From Setoptus koraiensis (taxonomy: Eukaryota; Animalia; Arthropoda), in NCBI GenBank assembly GCA_048013815.1, contig CM106586.1, forward strand, positions 14,570,001 through 14,634,000: a stretch of DNA of 64,000 nucleotides, given 5' to 3'. The notes beneath the pieces were generated by a model. It ran no database searches, was not told the origin of the DNA, and saw nothing but the letters and a program-made list of their open reading frames with translations. The translations under genes and the position numbers were made by a program. Position 1 is the stretch's first letter; each line of letters begins with the position of its first letter. Positions 1-12,055 of the stretch are shown here, piece after piece.

Positions 1-2
1 GC

Positions 3-794
3 GGGCTGAGAAGTTCCGATGAGAGTGCCGCTGATCTTGAATCTTATGGTGCAGCAAGTAAAACTTCGCAGCAACGGCTATTCACCATTGACGGTAAATA
101 ACAACATTCACCATGAAATCTTGTATTCTATGACTGTGTAGTACTTGAGAGTTGACGTCTGATAATTTTGTCTTCATTTCTGTTCACAGAGGACCGAAAC
201 GATGATGGCCAGTATGGTGGAATAGACAATCAAATGATGAACGACTCGTCATTGATTGACGGGAAGTGCGATATTCCTGATAAGAACGGTCAGCAGCATC
301 AACACGCCAAAGGAAAAGATGTGTCCAAGAGCAAGAGGCAGTACAGACTGCCCCCAAGTGTACATCCAACAGCTTCGTCGAGCGGTGCATCGGCTGGCAA
401 GTTTATCGCTAGCACATTTGGTGTGGCCACTGGTCAAGTGGGCGCCAAATTGGGTGCAGTGCGTGCAGCAGCAAATCATTTCAATCAGAATAAAATAAAG
501 TTCCAGAATTTGCCTGACGACGGAAGTGAGGTTGGCGACCAGGATCAAGATGACGACGACGAGGAGGACGAGCGGGCCCAATTGGACGACAATCTAGACG
601 GAGCCACCGATGGGGGTACCTACAAATGTCTGGACAATAGTGTGGCGTTGTTGATTAAGACTCGCTACGAGGAACTGATGCTACGTATCGCTTTGTTTGC
701 TGTTATATTGGTGGCCGTGGGCATATTTATATTGTTTTCGATACCGCCGGCGCCCCTTCCTAAGGAGCTGATTGACATACTGAAGCAGAGTTGA
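3..794 (+). CDS. 3' part of a spliced gene encoding an unnamed protein with an acidic tract and one C-terminal TM helix; exons <3-93 and 190-794; 5' end lies outside the window
   Basis: Open frame 3-93 (GLRSSDESAADLESYGAASKTSQQRLFTID) joins in phase 1 through a GTAAAT...TTCTGTTCACAG intron (94-189) to ORF 168-794. Hydrophobic LMLRIALFAVILVAVGIFILFSI lies near the stop; AATAAA at 1000-1005. Confidence 0.7.
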
Positions 795-1306
795 GTTGTG
801 TGTCGGTGCGCGAATGATTGCGTAACGGCCGATGTTGATAACGGACATGAGTGGTGTGCGACGTGTTTAAAAAGTTTGTAAAAAGTAGTGGCAATAATAG
901 TAGTGGTTTGCATATCTGTAATGAGGCTCTGTTTTGTGTCACGGTGAATCCTTTCCTAGATCTGGGGCTCGCATCAATAACAATAATGATAATATAAATA
1001 ATAAACGTTTGCTCTCTGCATTAACACATTGGCGTGATATCAAACTGTAATTGATCGATACGCGGATAATACCAAACTGTGTCGTGATGCCGGGTCGTCG
1101 TTTTTGGCCAGTGCCTGCGAATTGAATCCGATTTGAATTTCGAATGCGCCCAGTCGAATTGTGGTGGTTCGCCGGGGGCGGCGACAATAATGAGGATTAC
1201 ACACAATAGGATGTAATGATGAGATGCAATAACAAAGCGTCGATATAATAATAATCGATGTAGTGATCGACCGTTGGGAAGGCGCTACAGCAAACTGTAG
1301 AACTTG

Positions 1307-1382
1307 GCTGGCGAAAAGGTTCAATCTGCGATCCGTTGTTTGCTGGCGAAAAAGTTCGATCTGCGATGCGTTGTTTGCTGGC
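1307..1382. repeat. 35-bp tandem duplication (2 copies plus partial)
   Basis: gctggcgaaaaggttcaatctgcgatccgttgttt followed by gctggcgaaaaagttcgatctgcgatgcgttgttt and gctggc. Confidence 0.9.
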
Positions 1383-1915
1383 TTTGTGGTGCACAAAGCG
1401 AGCGAACTTTTTCACCGCCTTGCCGTTACACAGTTAGACGGGTCACACTCTCAGGCCACATGACGACCAATTTACCGTTTTTCGCATGCTGCCTGCACAG
1501 CCTGTTGCCGTTGTGCCGTAACAGGCAACGCAAAGGCAACCAACCGCCAAGCAGCCAGTCTGTGTGTCCGTACCAATGCACTACTGATTGCAGCGCTGTA
1601 GCACATAATAACAGTACATAATGTATCATAATGATAGTGCACTGCACACACTGCTGCGCAAGCTGTGCGATACACACACCTATTGTTGCAGTGTCGTTTG
1701 TCTTGCCTGGTCTTGCAAGAATTGCAAGAGAATTGTGCGCTCATTAATGGTGATGACTTTTTTTCAGCGCACACACTCTCCTGTGTTTCGCAAGCGAAAA
1801 TGTTGTTGCCCAAGCCAAAAGTGTCCAACGTAAATATTCAACTCGGCGTAAGCCAACCACTTCAATTCCCCCTGCATGCTGCTCAACATGCAACAATAAA
1901 CTTGTCCTCGCTCAC

Positions 1916-1916
<1 letters not shown>

Positions 1917-1961
<45 letters not shown>
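1917..1961. repeat. (AC)n microsatellite
   Basis: Uninterrupted AC run read directly. Confidence 0.98.
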
Positions 1962-1963
<2 letters not shown>

Positions 1964-2155
1964 ACAATAAGTTATTGTCAATAAGTACACCATACTTCAG
2001 TGGATGCTGTGCACACTTGCTAGGTAGTCTGGCCTACGACGTCATGCCAGACAATCAACAGGCAGCAAGACACAAGCCAGCAAGACGACACTTCAATAAT
2101 ATTTCTTATTTCTTACAACATATATAACACTAATACCATCGATATTTATGCAAAA

Positions 2156-2716
2156 ATGGATGAAAGCGACGAGGAAAGCGATGAACAAATCGTCAGGCAA
2201 CAGACTCTCAAAAAAGAATTGAAAATTCACCACACTAGAGGCTTTCACGATGGTTATGATGAATCTACGCAACTGAGTGCTAATCGAGCTACCGATCATG
2301 GTTATAATTTAGCCTATGAGCAACACTTCATATTGTCCACCCTTAGAGGTGTCGCATTTGGATTAATATCCTCTAAGTCAACAAAACAAACAACCAAAGA
2401 AGAAGAACAACCACCACCGAATACAGACTCAGAGTCATCGACCACCACCTCGCCCATTCCATCGACAACCATCACCAACACCACCACAACCACCAACACA
2501 AATATTAAACAAACTCTTGATGTGCAACAGCTCAATTCAATTCTAATCAGAATTGACAAATTACAAAGGATCATTATGAGTCAATTGACGAAATCACCAT
2601 ATCAGAGGGGAAATAATGAGGAAAACGAATTGTATGATATAAAACAGGATCTCATCAAAATATGCAAAGATAATCGCTTTGAAATATTGGCGCATTATGT
2701 TTCAGAAATAGGCTAA
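2156..2716 (+). CDS. YAE1: YAE1 homolog (Yae1_N; ABCE1 maturation factor), intronless
   Basis: DEESDEQ...RGFHDGY...DHGYNLAY...LRG matches the YAE1 pattern DEEADE...EGYRDG...QGFNQGY...LRG (the deca-GX3 glycines are partly degenerate). AATAAA at 2812-2817. Confidence 0.8.
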   Translation: MDESDEESDEQIVRQQTLKKELKIHHTRGFHDGYDESTQLSANRATDHGYNLAYEQHFILSTLRGVAFGLISSKSTKQTTKEEEQPPPNTDSESSTTTSPIPSTTITNTTTTTNTNIKQTLDVQQLNSILIRIDKLQRIIMSQLTKSPYQRGNNEENELYDIKQDLIKICKDNRFEILAHYVSEIG

Positions 2717-3035
2717 TTGAACACTGTATGCCCTCGATAAGGACATCGTAAATTTGTATCTCTTATTACATTTTATCTTTTTCTGTCTTTGTAATTATAT
2801 ATTATAATTCGAATAAAATATTTACGTGCCTTATTGTTACCCTCTTAAAAATTTTAAACTTGGCGCTCCGATAAAGTGAAAGCTTGGGCACTCAACTTGC
2901 TATTTACACGTGATGCATGTGCATCTACACCCCACATTCGACCCCACATTTTCCAAAAACTAAATTACAACTGGTTTGCTCAAAGGTTCTTTATCCGTCA
3001 CTACTCGGAGCAGGTTGATACATCAGCCAGCATTC

Positions 3036-3356
3036 ATGGAACGTTTCGGAGGTAACATATTGAGGTTGGCTCTCAGTAACAAGACGGTGGTAAAGCCTAT
3101 TCAATATCTCAATCATACTCGTGGAATGAAAGTTAAAGACGTTCTTACTCTCAGATGCGATAACTGCTACTACAAAAAGATCGACGACAGGTGGCATGTA
3201 TTATGTTCAAAATATGGGCGTCATAAACAGATGGAAAAATATGAAGGAAACGGAAAGAACAACTGGATAGTCAGTGATGTAGTTATAGGCAAAGGGCCTC
3301 ATTTCAGGAAGCGAGTACAATACCCTGGTCAACATCTTGGTCAATATGATCCATAG
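3036..3356 (+). CDS. mRpL36: Mitochondrial ribosomal protein L36 (bL36m), intronless; first ATG at 3036 (the track start at 2976 is TTG)
   Basis: MKVKDVLTLRCDNCYYKKIDDRWHVLCSKYGRHKQ is a bL36 zinc ribbon (C-x2-C-x12-C-x5-H, RHKQ end), preceded by a basic presequence-like N-terminus. Confidence 0.92.
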   Translation: MERFGGNILRLALSNKTVVKPIQYLNHTRGMKVKDVLTLRCDNCYYKKIDDRWHVLCSKYGRHKQMEKYEGNGKNNWIVSDVVIGKGPHFRKRVQYPGQHLGQYDP

Positions 3357-3598
3357 ACAAGAAACGGATTAAGATGACGTTACTAAACAAATCTAGATCA
3401 CAATAATAATATATATATTCGATAGAATTACAGTACAAACTATTTACTGGAAATTTGCATAGTTTAAACAGCGTAGCTTGCACTAGCATTCGGTTATTGG
3501 TGTGACAATATTTACATTCAAATCTGATTAAGAGTTCTGACAATTCGTCATCAGTACATAAGAAATTCAGTTGGTGAGCTTCTTTATAGTACAAATTA

Positions 3599-4999
3599 TT
3601 AGATCCTACTTGTAAGCGAATGCTCCAATTCAGCTCTTCTTTGCTGCACCTTACGGTAGAAATATCTACATACAGCCTCCTGGGTCCAAGGTTGGAAGAA
3701 ATAATCTGACCTGCGTTCTTCTTCTGGGTTCCCAACCTGATCCGTCATTAATTTTAGATCTTGCATCTGTGATATGAGCCACTTATTAGTAAATCGCTGA
3801 GGATCCTCAGCGAAGCCAAGGAAAAACTCGCGGTTAGTCTTAAGCTGGTTGATTGCCTCGACTGTTTCATAAATTTTACTATCCAAAGATTGTATCTCAT
3901 GTATGTTTGCCGTAGACATCATGAAGTTGTTCATCTGAATCTTTAGCTGATCATCCACCTCCACATCAATGTCGAACACTGATGTCATTCTTGGGTTGTG
4001 GGCGTCATTTTGGATTACATGATTTATAATTATTGGATCTGGTGGATTTAACAATCTACTGATTCTTGAGGGTATCTCTGAGAATTTCATGCGTTGACAT
4101 TGGAAGATTTGTTCTAGATATTTATCGCAATTGATGAATTCTCGTTCATGAGCGTCCTGCAATTTGTTTGTTTTTATATATTGCCATAATGCATTGATTA
4201 CGGCGGGTCTGGTGTCAGTTTGTTTGCCTAACAATCGTGCTAATCTAGGATCCAATTTAAATTGGTGAGGCTGATGGTCAAGTAGCAATAGTATGGTGCA
4301 TTTCACGTTGCGATCCCCTGGTCTTTTCACCTGAAAACCGTCCGTCTCAGTTGTTGTTGGTGTTCTATGCCATTCAACCAAGTGATTGTCCGGACCATAC
4401 AATTGATTGTCCAGTTCAATTACTAAACTTTTAAAGAATGACGAAAATTTCCTTTTCATTCTATTTTGATCGGATCTCGAAGATTTTGCCGGATCATCCA
4501 AGAGCCTTCCTTCTACTCTCAATTCCCAGGATGGAACACCAAGTTCTTCGTTGGTCGCTGGATCTGGCCTCACCGGGAAGAAGGTATTTGTGATGAATAT
4601 TCTTAAACGGCGCTTTTGTTTCATGGGACGTTTCAGAGCTTCCTGTATATCCAATCGTTTTCTAGTGATTGTAAAATCCAATTTTCTTTCAAATGTCAGC
4701 AAATCCATGTAGGCTTGACTTTCTGGTACAAGTTCTCTGACTTTTGAGGGTATAATCTTATCAGCTATCTTCCTCTTCTTCTTGCTACTGGCTTGTTGCT
4801 GAGTGGCAACTTGATGATGGGTGGTCTGAGTTGCTTGAGGGGGCCCATGAGCAGGTACAGTATGCTGAGGGGGCTGTTGTTGCTGTTGTTGTTGAGGTGG
4901 TGGTGGCTGCGGCTGTTGTTGCTGCTGCGGTTGCTGTTGTTGCTGCGGCGGGGGCGGCGGCGGCTGCTGTTGTTGTTGTTGCTGATGTTGTTGGGACAT
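3599..4999 (-). CDS. SMARCD1: SWI/SNF (BAF) 60-kDa subunit with SWIB domain and polyQ/P N-terminus, intronless
   Basis: [91 protein letters not shown] are all SMARCD/Bap60 motifs. The paralog cannot be assigned in an invertebrate. Confidence 0.97.
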   Translation of the reverse strand: MSQQHQQQQQQQPPPPPPQQQQQPQQQQQPQPPPPQQQQQQQPPQHTVPAHGPPQATQTTHHQVATQQQASSKKKRKIADKIIPSKVRELVPESQAYMDLLTFERKLDFTITRKRLDIQEALKRPMKQKRRLRIFITNTFFPVRPDPATNEELGVPSWELRVEGRLLDDPAKSSRSDQNRMKRKFSSFFKSLVIELDNQLYGPDNHLVEWHRTPTTTETDGFQVKRPGDRNVKCTILLLLDHQPHQFKLDPRLARLLGKQTDTRPAVINALWQYIKTNKLQDAHEREFINCDKYLEQIFQCQRMKFSEIPSRISRLLNPPDPIIINHVIQNDAHNPRMTSVFDIDVEVDDQLKIQMNNFMMSTANIHEIQSLDSKIYETVEAINQLKTNREFFLGFAEDPQRFTNKWLISQMQDLKLMTDQVGNPEEERRSDYFFQPWTQEAVCRYFYRKVQQRRAELEHSLTSRI

Positions 5000-5903
5000 G
5001 ATTGTTTTTTCAAATTATATTTTTTGTCAAATCAGTATCTCAAATCGGGATCAATGTGGACCGTTTGTGGCTCCAGATTATTCGACGGCACACAAATGAA
5101 TAACATATGCAAGAGAATTCAAAGGCGGGTGAGCTTTGCCTGTTAGCTGTTGAGCAGTGAACGTTTTCTGGTATCTTTGCTTGTTACTCTCTCGCTAGGG
5201 TGCGCGATATAGTTTCCATGCACGCATTAGTACTACAAAAAGTCCATCTATGTTTCTGCAGTTGATTTCTATGTAGCAGAACCACGGTCAAGCACCTGGA
5301 ACGCTGTGCAACGTAGTCATAACTAGCGCCACATAGTGTTGGTATAAGTAATACAAATATCGCAGTTCACCGCTAAACAAAGACGCTCAACGATATTGTG
5401 CTGCACAAACTCGCACAATCTTGCAAAAGCGCTCGAAATTTGAAAGCATGAAAAAGGACGCCCTGATGTCCTTTTCGTTCACTTTTGGCTAGGTGATAGA
5501 GGGAAAAAGCACTAAATTAATTGGAATCGATCATTTTTCGTTGTTCTTTTTTCATCATTCAGTGATTTCTCCGCGCCTTTACACAGAAATGATCCGACAA
5601 AGAGACGGGCATTTTCGCTGGCAGGATAAATATCCATCGCCGAACGGGGATACACCCCAGATCAGTAAGGTGTGGGTAATATTTTCAGCTTTGCGCGCTT
5701 TGAACTGCGCGCTGTGCAAGGCTGTTCTCAAAACTGCGTCCGATACTTTTTGACCAGGATTTCTCTCCTTTCACACATGTTCCTGGCATGTTCAATCGGA
5801 CTTTCTAATCCATTCTTATGACTAAAACTCTAGCTAAGAAAAAAACATCGCTATTCAAATCTCATCAAGAGGCCGTGCCCCAATCTAACTCGTCAGGTTC
5901 AAC
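5000..5903. promoter_or_regulatory. Probable bidirectional promoter region between divergent SMARCD and Nup85
   Basis: Head-to-head gene arrangement with a 904-bp gap. No specific elements were confirmed. Confidence 0.4.
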
Positions 5904-7883
5904 ATGAATGCCCCAATTTTTAGATCCAGAAGCAATCTTCTAGGCAACAAGCACACCAGATTACTTGTAAAGGAAAGTCATGCCATATTCGAGTCCATAC
6001 AAAAACTGCCAAATCAGAGCTCGGATATTCATAATCCCATGACTAGAGCACAAATAGTGTCGCTATCAAGACGCTATAGATGTATCGTTCATGAATGTAT
6101 AGAGAATCTTAGACTTTCAGACAATTGTAGGATGTTCAAAGAGATTGAAATCATATGGAATCTCTGTGAGATACTCATGTTGGATGTATACCAAACAGGT
6201 ATACTAATAACACAGTTAATAAACTGGATTAAATGGCACCAGGAAGAGCCCGAACCCAAGGCCAAAGCCATGTTAGACAGTGTCGATGAAGGAAAGGCAG
6301 ACTTGGCTATCGAGGAAAATGAGGAGACATATTGGTCGTTGACTACCAAGTTAGCACTTCGTGGAGAACTGAAGAGAGCAGTTAAATTATTGCGGTGCCA
6401 CCCTAGATACAGCACCAGCGACCAATTCCAGATTGTGGCTGAGCTCTTAGAAAAGATGCCACTGTCCAATCAGTACTTGTTACACGAATTCTGTATGAAA
6501 TGGAAATCATGGTCAGATTTGTGCCAACGTGAAATGGAGACTGGCCGATTCAATGATCACCCTCATCTGTTGACAATAATTCGAGTATTAGCTAAAGATG
6601 TCGATGTTTTTGATGAGATATGTCATCTGTATGACAACTGGTTTCAGTTGATGGTTACCTATTTACTATACAATGACCCTTGCATAAAAGAAACTGATTT
6701 ATCTCAGTTGTGCCGCACAAGTATCAAGATTTTCAACAAACACACGAATCGATTAACCAATGGTCATGAGAATTTTACAAATGGAGACGATACCAACCAA
6801 CAAGGAGAAATCAACGAGTTTGACGAGATTATTATATCTGCATTCGAGTATGATTTAACTCAAGTTATACGCTATTGTTGCTCGTATCTCGACGACAATT
6901 GGTGGTTTGTAACTCATTTTGTCGACTTATTGCACAACATGGATCAACTAAAGCTTCATGACATAAATGAGTCAGCTAAGCTCAGAGAATTCTTTCTTAT
7001 CGATTATGCCAGAACTTTGTTTGACGATCCCAGTTTATGGACAGTAGGAGTTGTATATTTAGATCAATGCCCAACATTCGGTCTTCAAATCTTAGAGGAG
7101 CAACTGTTGCGAGTGCCCTTATATCGAGGACAAGACAAAAAAGCGCACAAAATAATTGCGATCGCGGCAAGTAGAGGTTTAGTGGAAACAACTAGATCTA
7201 TCAGTCGTCTGATGGCAAGAAACTGGTTCTCAAGCAACCTCAAACTGAGTGATGACCCTTCTCCGAACCATGATGATAACCCGATTGAAAACTACAACTT
7301 CGACAATATCATGTCTTCTCCATTAGATTTAGCGAACGCCATGTGCTGGGCTGTGGACAGCGAAGATGCACTATTGGCCACACATGTTGCCGACAAATTC
7401 CTCTACTACTATAGCAAGAATGGAACATTCCCTGATGAGGACTCTTTGGAAAAGATGGAGGCCTCAATGTTGATAAGTGATAGATTGGCATTTTTAGCGA
7501 AATACTATGAATTTAAACAGTTAATGAAAAGCAAAAATTTGGTCAGCGCAGCGAATTTGCTTGTTTCGTTACTCGTTTCAAAAATATCCCCCAGATTTTT
7601 TTCATCAACAATATTGTTGGATGCGCAAACTTTATTGGATGTGAGGCCTAAACTGCTTTTTTCATCTCAGCAGATTCTCGACTTGATGACATCGCTAGAA
7701 GAAATATCAAAAGAGCATGTCTATTTACCAAGATCTGAACACGAAAAAGAGAGATGTATCACCAAAGAAAAAGAGAGAGCGTTGCGTAAGTCGTTACAAT
7801 TAAATCTCGCCAGAGCTTTAACCATATCCGATGCCTCAAGCGACTCAAGTAAGCCCATAGAGTGTAATACCAATGAAAAATAA
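5904..7883 (+). CDS. NUP85: Nucleoporin Nup85/Nup75; true 5' end uncertain
   Basis: KESHAIF, IWNLCEIL, LLEKMP, WFQLMVTYLLY, NWWFVTHFVDLL, LREFFLIDYA, LWTVGVVYLDQCP, SDRLAFLAKYYEF are collinear with metazoan Nup85. AATAAA overlaps the stop (7882-7887). Confidence 0.93.
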   Translation: MNAPIFRSRSNLLGNKHTRLLVKESHAIFESIQKLPNQSSDIHNPMTRAQIVSLSRRYRCIVHECIENLRLSDNCRMFKEIEIIWNLCEILMLDVYQTGILITQLINWIKWHQEEPEPKAKAMLDSVDEGKADLAIEENEETYWSLTTKLALRGELKRAVKLLRCHPRYSTSDQFQIVAELLEKMPLSNQYLLHEFCMKWKSWSDLCQREMETGRFNDHPHLLTIIRVLAKDVDVFDEICHLYDNWFQLMVTYLLYNDPCIKETDLSQLCRTSIKIFNKHTNRLTNGHENFTNGDDTNQQGEINEFDEIIISAFEYDLTQVIRYCCSYLDDNWWFVTHFVDLLHNMDQLKLHDINESAKLREFFLIDYARTLFDDPSLWTVGVVYLDQCPTFGLQILEEQLLRVPLYRGQDKKAHKIIAIAASRGLVETTRSISRLMARNWFSSNLKLSDDPSPNHDDNPIENYNFDNIMSSPLDLANAMCWAVDSEDALLATHVADKFLYYYSKNGTFPDEDSLEKMEASMLISDRLAFLAKYYEFKQLMKSKNLVSAANLLVSLLVSKISPRFFSSTILLDAQTLLDVRPKLLFSSQQILDLMTSLEEISKEHVYLPRSEHEKERCITKEKERALRKSLQLNLARALTISDASSDSSKPIECNTNEK

Positions 7884-10800
7884 TAAACTAGCGGTTCGAG
7901 AGAACTTGCAACAGAGTAGTCTGACGAAAATCTAACAGTTTTCTCGTAACAATCAGTGTTGATTCTCTTGAGATATTTTTTGAGCCCGTATATATCACTA
8001 ACAGTTATTTGTCTAAATTTCTATCCAAGAGGCCCAGATCGATTATATTAGGATAGTTTGTTGTACTACTACTACTACGGTGGTCGTCTCCACTTGCCTT
8101 GTATCTATCTGATACCATTTCCGGTCGAGTTGAGTCTAAAAGCATTTGGTGCGGCGAGCAATAGCTGAGATGAGTCTCACCTTCATTTCAGAGAAGTAGC
8201 GAGATCTAGTGTTTACACGAAGAATTCTGAATGAACGGTTGCAGCCGTTTACAACAAAACAGTCATTATTGTTTGATCATGACAAACAATATCTTCATTT
8301 TCAAACTGATTTTTACAGCTTGAGCTCATGCTACTAACCCCAGACATACTGCCAGGTCGATTACTGGTTTGGATGTGGCCAGTGCTGGCAATTTCAGCTT
8401 GTTTGCAGAGATGCATCTCCATGATGTATAGAAAGAGGAAGAACAATTTGTGCGACTTCTCCGTTGATTTAGTTATTTAAGTTTGATATCTGACGGACAC
8501 ACTGCGACTCTTATTAAAACAAATCTAAAGTTCAAGCAACCTGAGTGTAGAGTGTTAGTACGGAAGAAAGTGAAATATCCAGTAATAGAGATTGATACTC
8601 TGACCGACAAAGACCCACTTTTTCGCGAATACCCTGTGAATGTCGGCTCAAACTCGAATTCACCTGTGTCTTGGTGCGCATGACCCTCTCTCTTTCTCTC
8701 ATTACATGCCTTTTGGTGTGTTCCATTAGCCTGATAAGGCTTAAACAGAAACTTGCCAGACTCCTTGTGTGTTCTCTCATGTCGAAAAATCGTCGTGTTT
8801 AAGAAGATTACTTCCACTCACTGGCCCATCTATTTTCAGCCTGGGGATCTGATTAAGAATTGCCCGTTAACATACATGCACCTCCTGTTATACAGCGCAC
8901 ATACTCTTATTTGATAGCCAGAAAAAGTTTAACACGTCACTGGGTTCAAAAGTGTAAATAACACAATATCTAACTTTTGAGACGTTCGATTGGTTAGAGG
9001 GATAGATCGCGTTTTAATTTTAATTTTGCACAAGATCTCCCATATGTGCCCAAACAGTGCCAAACGCTCATAATATCAGTATGAAGATTTTCCATTTTAC
9101 ACACAACCTAACCAACTGTTTCACACAATTGGTATTAAGCCAAACGCAAAATACTCGGACACCCGGTACGCAAGCTATGCATTGGAATTCGGTTTTATCG
9201 TGATAGATACATATATGATAAACGATTTCAATCGCAGCCACACAATACTATTTGCAAATCGTGCCAAAGCCAAAATCCAAGCAACCGAATATCGCGTTAC
9301 AACGACGATCTAGGTGTCGATAGAGTAAGTGTGGTGGTGCCACAATCAACCCAGCCCAGCGGCAAAAGAGCTGACTTACAGCCAATAGTGACTTATAGTG
9401 ATGACACCACTACTGAACGGCACTCACCTGAGTAACGAACAAGATAACTCGATTAAATGGGGGCATATGCTTGCCACAGTTTGATTGCTATTTGATCAAG
9501 AGAACTTTTGGCGGTGCAAAGCCATCACGTAGGGATGTGGAGGCGACTATTTAGACTGGTGGTGTGTTTATCGAAAGCTCTCCAGTGGTTGGTTAGATGT
9601 GAAACCAGGTAGGCGAGAAAAAGGTTTTAAATGATTTTCATTAGATTACCCGGGACTGTGAGTGTTGTTTGTATATCGCTATATTTTGCCGTCGAAATAA
9701 ATTTATTTTCAACGTACCATCCGGAATGGGTACTTTGATGCGCCTTTGGCAGCTTTACCGCGTTTGTTGGCACTCTCAATTCTGCTGGTGTGGGCCATAG
9801 TGTGCATTGGACAAAGTGGAACGCATATTGAAATAAATTGGTTCTTCTCTAGTAATCTCTCGGTTAGTGTCTACAATGGGGCGCATTTCTGGCGCCCAAT
9901 ACCGGCTGAAGGCCGGCAGCTTATGCATCGCAAACTGAGACATGTTGAGCCAATTAATCGTCTTCGCCAGGCCCGGACACTCAGCAAAACACATGCATGA
10001 TGTTTTAAATAAATCTATCCTCATACTCGACTTTGCATAACCGTAGACTCAATACCTGAGTGCGTGACAACAAGAGTATGCACAAATATCACACAAGCAA
10101 TTTTATCCGGTTGAAAGCGTCAACTGAAACAAGAAATAGAGAAAGAGGGGGGGGCCATTAGTGTCAATATGGATCAACATTGTTGTACTGTGACAGATCT
10201 TGAAGCCCGCGTTCCATGTAGAATAAATTTTCATTAGTGGGGCCTCGTTTTATAGGCCATTTCCAAGTGTGTCTAGCTGTACAAACATTGAACATAATAG
10301 AGAGCGAGCAAGCACAATGCGGCAAGACATGTATCTTTTGTGTTTGCATGCCTAGCCTTTGTCTAAGTCAGAAAAAAAAACATGCTAATTGGGCCCCATC
10401 GTGCATGTGATATATGGCTATGTATAACAGCCAGCACACAATCACAACTGGCGACTCGCAAGCCAGTTAGCCGAGACGTTAGAACAGGTAGATGAAACAC
10501 AAACAAGCAGCAAACATTGTTTGTGTTGGCAACAATTTAATCATTTATCTAGCCACATATTCGCACGGCTACATTCATGCATCAGGACATATTTTGGTGA
10601 GGGGCGCAACGGAAACGCCGTCATTAACAACGATACGTGCACGCTGCTTGTTCGTGGACCAAGTCGCTTGGTTGCATCATGCTGGCAGTTCATTTGATTA
10701 TATGGGATATGGCGCACTGAGGGGGTGTCCATTGAAACTCACGCTTGCACCCACCTTCATCAACCAACGGCCAAGCGTCAGAAGACGAAGAAGAGCAAAA

Positions 10801-12055
10801 GAGACCCGTTATGTGGACTTGTAATTATGTGATCTTGGCCAGAGTGTCAGAGAAATGTCAGGACGAAAGAGCAAAAGTGAGCTGTCACTTAATTACTTCT
10901 CTGAGTGCATCATTTCGGATCGCTTGCCTACGGGGCCCGGCTCACCGGCCCCGTTCTAACCTTGCGCTGTCGCGCTGCCGCATCCACAGCAAGTTGAAAC
11001 AGCAAACTGTTTAATACACATTTTGCAGCAAACATTTTGCTGTTGCTGTCACTTTTGGGGCCCGTGCGAACGCGACCCCAAAAGTGTGCGATGACACGCC
11101 GATACAGGTTACATAGAGCGCACTGTAATTGGCAAACGTAAGGGCGCAGTCTCGCCAGATCAGAGTTCAACCAATAGAGGCAAACATAGAGCACGGCATT
11201 GAATTTTGTTGTCGACATTACGGAAATTGACAACACTGTTATTTTGTTACTTTTAGCCGTCAGGTGCGCCAATAATCACCGCAATCATCGTGCTGCTGCC
11301 GTCTATCGTGCATAGGCAAACAAATGTAATCTTGTGTTCATGTTGTTTAGCATAACCGTCAGCACCTTTATACCGTTACACAGGTAGATTTTACACAGTT
11401 ATAAATGGCAATGTGCACATTCCAGATGGAATCAAACCGACGCAACTATTGCCAGTGTTTACAGTGAGCATATTCAAATTTGTTGTCATCAACAACACAA
11501 AACGTGACATTAGTAAGACAAGTGCACACTGGTGTTGACATTTTCCCACGCCGACGACAGCCACTGGCCACATAGCGAAGAAAAACAACGCCCGCAACTA
11601 AATTGAGTGATTTGCATCATAAATGACGCACCAAATCACCTAATCCCGTCAGATTTGTAGTGGATCATGGTGGAGAGACTCTCAAAAACTTAGCTGGCTC
11701 TTTCATCACAAGAACAATTGCGCTTGGTGTCGTTGTTAGCGACAAACGTGACATTTAAATACAATTTTTCTTCATTGTTCGACGGCAACCAACTCGTGTC
11801 ACACGAGCGAGCATCGCAGTTGACTTTTGTGCCTCGTCACAATGACTAGCTCGTTAAGTGGCGCTGTTGCTGATTGAAGATCAATTCGAGTTGTTTCATA
11901 AACATGATCGTGCATCATAACATCCGATATTCTGTCACAATCGCATCGTTATGCCAAAAGCCACAAGCATCGACAAGAAAATAAAGCACAATCAGAAAAA
12001 AAGCCACCACCAAAAGTTTACTATTTGTTTTCCAATCAGCAGTCAATCATCGGCA

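Noticed and set aside
1021-1206. Minus-strand 61-aa ORF with a hydrophobic start (CVILIIVAAP...DTVWYYPR)
   Set aside because: TTG start, no ATG or splice acceptor to enter the frame, in-frame stop shortly upstream, and no recognisable motif.
1440-1450. GGTCACACT (Drosophila Ohler motif 1-like)
   Set aside because: Single match ~700 bp from the nearest start codon, and there is no evidence that the motif functions in this lineage.
3304-3735. 143-aa minus-strand ORF overlapping the SMARCD 3' end, with an FECKYCH motif
   Set aside because: TTG start inside SMARCD in another frame, no His pair to complete a zinc finger, and it runs through the shared 3' UTR space. Most likely a chance frame.
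9533-9608. DNase II-like motif (C.GD..DWW.VY.KL)
   Set aside because: Spacing differs from DNase II, and no downstream HxK catalytic motifs could be found. Kept only as part of the unassigned region.
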